The notes under the pieces are model-generated. The model did no database searches. It had not been told where the DNA came from and worked only from the letters and a program-made list of their open reading frames with translations. A stretch of DNA of 64,000 bases from Chiloscyllium plagiosum. Its lineage: Eukaryota. The stretch lies in NCBI RefSeq assembly GCF_004010195.1, contig NC_057751.1:7060133-7124132 (forward strand), written 5' to 3'. Positions within the stretch are counted from its first letter, which is position 1. Every line of letters starts with the position of its first letter. The translations under genes and the position numbers were made by a program. Shown piece after piece: positions 34,924 through 44,337 of this stretch.

Positions 34924-37375
34924 GTAAGAAGCTGTGTTTGATTTTGCCTTTTGTGCCAAGGGAGTTTGGAACAGTATCATTCAGTTAGGATAATCTGTTG
35001 GGGTTGTCGGATCGGTGACGTTATTCCGTATTCTGTTCTCTTTTGTTTGGTTTCATTCGGTAATATTGTAAATAAATTGTTTCATTTAAATCTAAGTGGT
35101 TTGACCAGTGGCATCACTCCTGGAATATCCACTATACACCTGCTCAAAACAACTAGCAAAGTTAGGGTCTGGGCTGCTTTCTTGAAATGTTTTGAGCGGG
35201 TCTAGCCTGGTCCATAACAGAACTATCATCCCTGGATTGATGAATTGGTTCTTGGAGGAAGCACTGAGGATGGAAAGGGTGCAAAATGTACTCTGGGTGG
35301 GGGATTTCAATGTCCACCACCAACAGTGGCTTGGCAGAGGCACTACTGATCAAGCTGGCCGGGTTCTAAAGGACATAGCTGCCAGTCTGGACCTGCAGTA
35401 TGCGGTGAGGGAACCCAACATGATGGAAAAACATACCTCACCTCATCATAACCAATCTGCTCGTTGGAGATGCATCTCTCCTTGACAGTGTCAGTAAGGG
35501 TGACTGCACAGTCCTTGTGGAGACGAACTCCTGCCTTCACAATGAGAACAGGTTCTATCGTGTTGTGTGGCACTGTCACCATGCTAAATGGGGTAGACTT
35601 GGAACAGATCTCGCAACTCTTGCTGTGGGCCATCAACCGCAGCAGATGTACTCCAACACCATCTGCAACTACATAACCCGACAGATCCTCCACTCAACCA
35701 TTATCATCCAGTAAGGGAATAAACCCTGGTTTTATGAAGAGTGCAGGAGGACATGCTAGGAACAGTACAGGTATCTATAGCTAAAGATGAGCTAAGTGAT
35801 CCTAGCACGAATGGATCAACTGCTACATCCAGTTGTGAATGGTGTTGGACAATTCAACAACTCACTGGAGAAGGAGGCTCCACAAATATCTCCATCCTCA
35901 ATGGTGGAAGATCTCAACACATATGTGTAAGAGATAAGGCTAAAGCATTCACTGCTATCTTCAGCCAGAAGTGCCAAGTAGATGATCTATCTCAGCCCCC
36001 TCCAGTGGTCCCCAGTATTACAAATAATAGTCTACAGTCAATTTGATTCACTCCCTGCTACCCTTATCCTAAAACTATAACATCTCCTTCAAGATTGTCC
36101 CACAAGAGGAAACATCTGCTCCACTTTATCTTACACATCTCAATTAGATCTCCTCTAATTTTCCTAAACTTGATCTCAAGAGTTGGTACTCACAGCACTG
36201 GATACTGCAAAAGGCCATGGTCCCTGGTAACGTTCCAGCAATAGTACTGAAGACTTGTGCTCAAGAGCTTGCCCTAGCCAAGCTTTTCCAGTATTGTTAC
36301 AATACTGGCATCTACCTGAGGATGTGGAAAATTGGACACAAAAAGCAGGACAAATCCAACTTGACCAATTACTGCCTTATCAGCCTACTCTTCATCAGTA
36401 AAGTGATGGAAGGTATCAACAACAGTGCTATCAAATAGTAGCTGCTCAGCAATAACTTGCTCAATGATGTCCAGTTAGGGTTTCGCCAGGGGCACTCAGC
36501 TCCTGACCTCCTTAAGCTTTGGTTCAAACATGGGCTAAAAAGCTGAATTCCAGAGATGAGGTGAGAGTGACAGTCCTTGACATCAAGTGTGGCATCAGTG
36601 AGCCCCAGCAAAACCAGAAAAATGGGCATTGGGGCACACTGTCTGCTGGTTGGAGTCATACCTGGCACATAGGAAGATGATTGTGTTATTGGAGGTCTGT
36701 CATCTCAGCTTCAGGAAATCAATACAGGAGTTCCTCAGGGTAGAGTCCTAGGCCTGACCATCTTCAGTTGCTTCATTCAATGACCTTTCCCTCCATCAAT
36801 ATGTTAGAAATGGGAACATTCACTAATGATTGCAAAATGTTCAGTGCCATTCACAATTCCTCAGATACTGAAGCAATCCATATTCAACTGCAACAAAATC
36901 TGGACGATATTCAGGCTTGGGCTACAAGTGCCAAATAATATTTGTGCTTCATGATGACCATTTCCAATAAGAGAGAATCTAAACACTGCCCCTTGACATT
37001 CAGTTATGTTACCATCAGTGAATCCCCAACAATAAACATCCAAGGGGTCACTGTTGACCAGAACCTCAACTGGACACGCCACATAAACATAGTGGCTACA
37101 AGAGCAGGACAGAGGCGAGGAACACTGTGATAAGTAACTCACCTCCTGACTCGCCAAAACCTGTCCCTCATCTACAAGGCACAAGTCAAGAGTGTGATGG
37201 GGTACACCCCACTTGGCTGGTTGAGTGTAGCTCCAGCAACACTCAAGAATCTTGTCACCATCCAGGACAAAGTAGCCCATTTGATTGGCACGACATCAAC
37301 AATCACCCACTCCCTCCACCACTGACATTCCATATCAACTGGGTGTGTTGTCCACAAGATGTACTGCACAAATTA
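33945..37375 (+). mobile_element. Decayed CR1-group LINE, second family (APE + RT, no visible ORF1)
   Basis: APE pieces (PDITILKESYL near 34380; NVLWVGDFNVHHQQWL, 35192-35485), PGNVPAIVLKTCA..NYCLISLL..SKVME (36217-36438), GVPQGRVLG near 36725. Confidence 0.88.
34588..35219 (+). mobile_element. Solo LTR family A inserted in the LINE
   Basis: TGTGATGATG...GGTCCATAACA; flanks GTAC/GAAC; AATAAA at about 35071; contains (CT)n at about 34893-34921. Confidence 0.83.
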
Positions 37376-37914
37376 ATCGTGCATTAACCAAGTATGTTTT
37401 TATGAAGGATAAGTTGTGTTTGACTCATTTGCTGAAGATTTTTAATGATACAACTCATGAAGTAGATAATCGGGATCCTGTAAATGTAGCACATCTCGAC
37501 TTCCAGATGCAGTTGATAAGGTGCTGCAAAAAAAGTTAACACACATTGTAAGATCTCATGGAATTTGGGTTAATATATGAGCTTGGATAGTGGATTGGCT
37601 AACCAACATAATTCAAGTCAGAATTAACAAGTCTTTTTGGAGTTGACAAGATTACATACTGGAGTGCACAGGCCTTGGTTCTCAGACCCCAAATATTTAC
37701 AATCTGCATAAATGACTTGGATGCTGGGAAAGAAAATACTGTGGCCAAATTTGCAGATAACACTAAAACAGATGGGAGAGCCTGAAGAAAGACAAAATTT
37801 TTCAATTGATATGAATAGGTTAGGTGAACAGGCCAAACTTTGACAGATGGATAACATGAATAAATGCAAGGTCATCCATTTTGGGTGGAAGAATAGAAAG
37901 ACCAATTAGTATCT

Positions 37915-38407
37915 TCAAGGTTTGCATAAAGAATTGTAGCTTGGGTGCTGGTTGCCATGGCGAAAATGAGGACTGCAGATGCTGGAGATCAGAGTCAAGA
38001 TTAGAGTAGTGCTGGAAAAGCACAGCAGCTCAGGCAGTATCCGAGAGGCAGGAAAGTCGACGTTTCGAGCAAAAGCCTTTCATCCTCATGAAGGGCTTAC
38101 GCCTGAAACGTCGATTTTCCTGGTCCTCGGATGCTGCCTGACATGCTGTGCATTTCCAGCACCACTCTAATCCTGCTAGTTGCCATGGTTGTGGGTAGTT
38201 CGCCGAGCTGAGAAGTTGATTTGCAGATGTTTCGTCCCATGTCTGGGTGACATCTTCAGTGCTTTGGAGCCTCCTGTGGAGCACTGTTCTACTGTGTCAA
38301 GTACTGTACAGGAGACTTCAAAGCACTGAAGATGTCATCTTGACAGGGGACGAAATATCTGCAAATCAACTTCCCAGCTCAGCAAACTTACCCACAACCA
38401 CGGCAAC
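37915..38407. mobile_element. Poseidon-type Penelope fold-back insertion with two hammerhead-like cores
   Basis: Same terminus as 4623; inverted arms about 38180-38275 and 38310-38407; duplication TTAGTATCT (37906-37914, 38408-38416); cores at 38223-38262 (-) and 38323-38362 (+). Confidence 0.85.
37961..38173. mobile_element. Family 1 Penelope fold-back nested in the Poseidon-type element
   Basis: Duplication TGCT(G/A)GTTGCCATGG (37946-37960, 38174-38188). Confidence 0.87.
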
Positions 38408-40164
38408 TTAGTATCTAAATGGAGAAAACTTTCAGACTTCTTCAGTGGAGAGGGATCTGGATGTCCTCGTGCATGAGTCACAGGTAACTAATGCAGGTAC
38501 AACAGGGAGGAAGGAAAGCAAATATAAGTTAAACATTTATTGCTAAAGGAATAGAGTATGAAAGTCTGGAAACGTTTCTGCAACTGCACAAGGCATTAGT
38601 GAGACCCCACCTGAAGTACTATGTATCATTTTGGTCCCTTTGCTTCAGGAGGGACATAGTTGTATTGGAGGCAGTTCAGAGTAGGTTCACTAGGTTGTTT
38701 CTAGAGATGAGGGGCTTCTCTTTTGAAGAGAGATTGGACAGTTCGGCCTGTACTGTCTCGAGTTTAGGAAAATGAGAGGAGATCTAATTGCGATGTGTGA
38801 GATATTGAAGTGGTTGACAAAGTGGAGCAGATATATCCCCTTGTGGGACAACCTTGAAGGAAAGGTTATAGTTTTAGGATAAGGGTCGCAGATTTCAAAC
38901 AGATGTGGAAAAATTACTTCTCTTCAAGGGTCATGAATCTGTGGAAATTAGTAAATTTAAGGAGGAGATAGATACATTTTTAATCAGTAATGGGTTGAAG
39001 GGTTATAGATAGCATAGAGGAAAGCGGAGTTGAGGCCAAGATGAGATAAGACATGATTATATTGAATGTAGGCTCCAGAGGGCTGACATGGCTTGTCCTG
39101 CTCCGAGTTCTGCTGTTCTACTATCTTCACAAACACCACTAAGGTCTCAAGTGGGTTAGAAGTAGTGACAAGCTGCCATTTGGTGACCAAAGCTCACTAG
39201 CTTGATGACAGCTGATTAAGAGTCTTCACTTCCAGCACGTGAGTGTCATTGGCACAGCTGGCATTTACTGTTTGAGGAGTTTGGTTGTGAGTCGCCTTGT
39301 TTAGTCTGTGTAGAGCTTTGTGAGGAAGAGAGTGCGAGGATTTTGACCCAGCAATAATTAGGGAGCAGCCAAGAAATAGAACCCGATGTTTAAGTGCCGC
39401 CTCAGCCTTTCAGCTCCTTTCAGGTGGTGGGGTGTTGTTCCAGCAGCCCCTGAGCTTCCCATTTTTTTGGGCGCATTTGAATTTGTGGCCTGTGGTATAA
39501 AAAACAGGGAATGAGTTCAGCTCAGCGCAACACACAGTGCAGCTTCCTGAAAAGGCACTGGGTGTTTCATGGTTCAAATGGTTCACATTGGTCACGAACG
39601 TTGCAGTCGAATGGGAAGAAATGGAAAAATATTATCTTTCACTTTTAATAAGATTCTGCTCGCCCGCTGTGCATCTGCATGTGCACAGTCTCATCTGTTT
39701 GAAGTGGATAAGGCACTTCACATGCGTCAGTGATTAAGTAGGTTCATTATGTCCTCATGTAAACAACCGCCTGGTACTGTGTAAATGAGGGCTCACTGAA
39801 GAATAGGTCTTAGTTAATTAAGACAACATTAATGTGAATTGAATCAGACTTCATGTTTAATATTTAAATTAAATCTAATCGTCATTCTTTACAAACCATC
39901 TCCAGTTTTTTTCCACATAAGTTACCACCATTTCTATACTCGTTACTGTACACTGTATTGTTCTGCTCGCAATCTTACAATGGCAGTTACAACATGTGTT
40001 CATTTTACTCCAGCTTTTTCACATCCGCAACAAGTCTTGCTCTGCTATCTCAATGTTACAAAGACATTTTGATGGTTAAGCACTGGTTAAAATTGGAGGG
40101 AAGAATTTCAATAGCTTCTGTTTCTCATCTAAAAAGGTTCTCTGAACCACTTTACGCATTTTTT

Positions 40165-41580
40165 TCAGGTCTATTGGAGTCTATTATAAAAATGTGATAA
40201 CTGGACACTTAGAAAATAGAAATAGGATGACACAATGTCATCATGGATTTATGAAAGGGAAATTATCTTTGACAAACTCACTGGAATATTTGAGGACATA
40301 ACTAGAATAGATGAGGCAGAGCCAATGCATGTTGGTGAACTTGAGTTTTCAGAAAGCTTTTGAAGACTAGATTAATTTCGGATATCTGGTCGGCATGAAT
40401 GAGTTAGACCAAAGGGTCTGTTTCTGTGCTGTACATCTCTATGATTCTAAGCCCCACTAAAAGGTTAGTGTATAAAACCACAGCACATTAGATTAGTGGT
40501 AATATACTGGCATGGACTGAGAATTGGTTAACAGATGGGAAACAAGGAGTAGGAATAAATAGATCTTTTTCAGAGTGGAAAGTGAAATGCTGGGCACCAC
40601 AAAGACCAGTTCGTAGGACCCCAGCTATTCACAATGTATAGCAAGAGTCTGGATGAGAATATCACATGTCATGTTTCCGATTTTGCTGATGGGTGAGACT
40701 GTGAAGGGTGAGAAGGATGGAATGGGGCTTCAACGTAATTTAAGCAAGTCAAGTGAGAAGATGACCTGGGGGGTGCAGTGAGAGAGGGACTCACTGAGAT
40801 CCTTGTAGAGGGAGGAGGAGCGCTTCTTCAAGGTAGGCATCCTTGCAAGAGGATTCACAGTAGGTTAAGATCAACTAGGAGAAAGTGAGGACTGCAGATG
40901 CTGGAGACCAGAGTTGAAAAGTGGGGTGCTGGAAAAGCGCAGCAGGCCAAGCAGCATCCGAGAAGCAGGAGAATTGACGTTTTGGGCATAAGCCTGAAGA
41001 AGGGCTTATGCCTGAAACGTCGATTCTCCTGCTCCTCGGATGCTGCAAGGCCTGCTGCGCTTTTCCAGCACCCCACTTTTCAACTCTGGTCTCCGGCATC
41101 TGCAGTTCTCACTTTCTCCAAGTCAAGTGAGAAGGCAGTAAGTGAGGAGGCAGTTGCACGGCGAATGTAGTGTAATGTGGATAAGTGTAAAGTAGTCCAC
41201 TCTGGATGGCAGAGTATTATTAAAATGGTGATTGATTGGGAAATGTTGACATAGAAAAGGATCTAAGAATCTTGGCACGCGGGTTGCCATCAGACTGCAG
41301 GTGCAGCAAGCAGATGGGAAGCAAATGGTATGCTGGCCTTCATCACAAAAGCGTTCAATTACAGGAGCAAAGAAGCCATACCACAGCTGTGCAGAGCCTG
41401 GGTGAGGCCCATCTTGGAATATTTTATATCGTTTTAGTTTCCTGACCTCAGAAAAGATATGCTTGCTGCAGAGAGAGTGCAGCAAAGGTTCACTGGACTG
41501 ATTCCTGGGATGGCACATTTGTTATATGAGGAAAGGTTGGGTTAACTGGAATTTAGGAGATCGAAATGGGATCTTATCGA
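40165..41580 (+). mobile_element. Decayed CR1 LINE ORF2 segment with nested insertions
   Basis: CATGGATTTATGAAAGGGAAA (HGFMKGK), TTTCAGAAAGCTTTTGA (FQKAF), GTGAGGCCCATCTTGGAATA; HER1 tail inserted at about 40365-40450. Confidence 0.8.
40761..41118. mobile_element. Family 1 Penelope fold-back with long arms and 5'-ORF remnant
   Basis: Arms about 40878-40994 and 41002-41119; 16-bp duplication CAAGTCAAGTGAGAAG (40745-40760, 41119-41134); CTGAAGA a gggc ttat gcct GAAA cgtc at 40994-41021. Confidence 0.9.
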
Positions 41581-41666
41581 AATAAGTCTTTCTCTGCTAT
41601 TTCACTACAACAAAGATATTTTGATGGTTACGCACTGGTTTGAAATTGGTGGGAAGAATTTCAATA

Positions 41667-42010
41667 AAATCCCCACAATATAGAAACAGGCCATTTGGCC
41701 CAACAAGTCTACACTAACCCTTCAAAGAGTCACCCAACTGCAGCCATTCCCCAACCGTAATACTGTATATTTCCCCTGACTAATACACCTAACCTAAACA
41801 TCCCTGAACACTACAGGCAATTTAGCATGGCCAGTTCACCTAACTTGCACATCTTTGAACTGTGGGAGGAAACTGGAGCACCCACAGGAAACCCACGCAG
41901 ACACTGGAAGAATGTGCAAACGCCGCACACAGTCACCCAAGGCTGGAATTGAACACAGGTCCCTGGCACTGTGAGGCAGCAGTGCTAACCATTGAGTCAC
42001 TGTGCTGCCC
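41667..42010 (-). mobile_element. HE1-type V-SINE
   Basis: Full length, inserted in the second copy of a local duplication. Confidence 0.92.
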
Positions 42011-43032
42011 TTAATAGCTTCTGTTTCTCATCTGAAAAGGTTTTCTGAACCATTTAATGAGCTTTATTTCAGGTCGATTGGAGTTTATCATAAAGAAAGT
42101 GATATCTGGACACTTAGAAAATAGAAATAGGATGACACACTGTCACCATGGATGTATGGAAGGGAAATTATGTTTGTCAAACTCACTGGAATATTTGATG
42201 GCTGAACAAACTGGATGCAGGAATTATATTCTCCGGGCTGGGGGTGTTCCAAGCCAAGGAGTCATGGTTTCAAGGAGTCATTGGTTCAGGAGAAGTGGGA
42301 AGCCATTTTGGATTGAGATGAGGATGGTGAACCTGCAAATTTCTCTGCCTCAGAAGACTGAGGAGATGAAGTTGCAAAAGATATTTAAGAATGAAATCGA
42401 TAGATTTCGACAGGTGAAAGATATTAAGCTGTATTGGGGAGAGCTTGGGAGTAAGGCATTGAGATAGCAGGTCAGCCATGGGTGGGTTGAAGGATCTCCT
42501 CCTGCTCTCATTTTATGTGTTTCTGAGGTAGGAACTGTTACTCCACTTTTTATAAGGATAGTGGTTTGAATGTGTCTTGCAAACCTTTAGAATGGAAGCA
42601 AAATGAATTTGAGGCAAATTTAAATTTTAGTTGCAGCTTGGTGTTTCTTAGTTTTGAATGAGACAGATATATAGTGAACAATGAAAAATCCTTGGCCCAA
42701 AATACAAGGGCTCATTTTAATCTCATGCTCGCCGCAACATCTATGAGGATTGATGGAATGAGCACCTATGTGCTGCTCAGTACGTCTATCTTAATTGCAA
42801 TGGAAAATCATTTTACTCAGTGTGGGGAGTGGAAGAGTTTCTGCAGAAAACCCAGTTCCATCAGTTTCCCAATAAATGATGCATCTTAAAATTGTGGACA
42901 TAGTTAATACTTTTCCTCTGGATATTACTTAAACATCTGGGTATTTTCTCTTTCTATTGTGGGTAATTTGATGTATTTGTTGCTGGTTGAGTTTTGAATT
43001 TCAGTTGCCAATGTTTCATTAATCCTCCTCAG

Positions 43033-43260
43033 GAAGTGATGTTGCTTGAAGACGAGACCACATCCTGTTACTGCCTATTGGATTCTCATTCCTGTCACAT
43101 CCTCTTGGACCACCTTGGCACATATGCACTCGTGGGCGAGGCAGTCACAGAGTGTGCGGAGAAGAGACTGAAGCTTGCTGTCTTTGGGCGTCTGTCCTAC
43201 AGCTCACTGGAGTACAATTTCAGAGTGTATTGCATGGACGACATTCCAAGTGTTTTGCAG
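43033..43260 (+). CDS. unc5d: UNC5D-like netrin receptor, coding exon (ZU5 to UPA junction)
   Basis: cctcctcag|GAAGTG...TTGCAG|gtattg; 228 nt, phase 0/0; [76 protein letters not shown]. Confidence 0.95.
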
Positions 43261-43804
43261 GTATTGTACTGAAGGAAGCATTTACTTGACCTAGTTTCAC
43301 TTACCGCAAGAGAGCTTGACATCTAACTCCAAGCTTTAATTTTCACTTGCTTCAGCGCAGCTCCTGTGACAAATAGATATTTTTAAACTTTTGAATATTT
43401 ACGTGATGCAATCCATTTGAATGGATTTTTACAATGCAGTCTAAGTCATCATCAAAATACGTATCAAATCCCATTTTAAAGGTTACTTTGGAGTCAGCTT
43501 TGATTGTTCTTTCAGGCAGAGAAGAGGGGAAAACAAGGGTAGTGAAGTGGTTGGAAAAATTAAAACGAGAAATGGAGGGAATGTTCATTGCATCAGTAAC
43601 TGATTGCAAGTCACTAAATTTGCATTGTAAACTAATAGTAACCCTGATAAAGCACTGCTCCCACTCATAACAAACAGCAAAGCACTTTGTTGATTGTCTT
43701 CGTCTAACCAGTAGAAAGTGAGGACTGCAGATGCTGGAGATCAGAGTTGAAAAATGAGGTGCTGGAAAAACACAGCAGGCCAGGCAGCATCCGAGGAGCA
43801 GGAG

Positions 43805-43840
43805 AATCGACGTTTCGGGCATAAGCCCTTCTTCAGGAAT
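43805..43840 (-). ncRNA. Minimal hammerhead ribozyme motif (best preserved copy)
   Basis: Reverse complement attc CTGAAGA a GGGC ttat GCCC GAAA CG TC gatt: both core boxes, perfect 4-bp stem II, ACGT palindrome, GUC site; stem I is short. Confidence 0.72.
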
Positions 43841-44301
43841 GAGGCTGGTGTGCCAAGTGGGCTGAGATAAAGGGTAGGGGGGAGGGAATTTCTGTCGCAA
43901 ATTCACCTGCACCTCCACACACATCATTTACTGTATCTGTTGCACCCAATGTGGTCTCTTCATTGGGAAGACAGGCCGCCTACTTGCGGAACGTTTCAGC
44001 AAACACCTCTGGGACACCCAATTTCTGTCGCAAATTCACCTGCACCTCCACACACATCATTTACTGTATCTGTTGCACCCAATGTGGTCTCCTCTTCATT
44101 GGGGAGACAGGCCGCCTACTTGCGGAACGTTTCAGCAAACACCTCTGGGACACCCTCACCATCCAACCCAACCGCCCTGTGGCTGAACACTTTAACCCCC
44201 CCTCCCACTCCGCCAAGGACATGCAGGCCCTTGGCCTCCTCCATCACCAGATCCTGACCATACGCCGCCTGGAGGAAGAGCCCACTTGGCACAACAGCCT
44301 C

Positions 44302-44337
44302 GTTCCTGAAGAAGGGCTTATGCCCGAAACATCGATT
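44302..44337 (+). ncRNA. Minimal hammerhead ribozyme motif on the unc5d sense strand
   Basis: gttc CTGAAGA a GGGC ttat GCCC GAAA CA TC gatt; palindrome broken by a CpG-type change. Confidence 0.6.

Larger units (their letters stand above)
37385..39120 (+). mobile_element. Decayed CR1 LINE ORF2 3' half, interrupted
   Basis: KLCLTHLL..HLDFQ; AAATTTGCAGATAAC (KFAD); GTGAGACCCCACCTGAAGTAC (VRPHL.Y); older CR1 tail. Confidence 0.85.
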
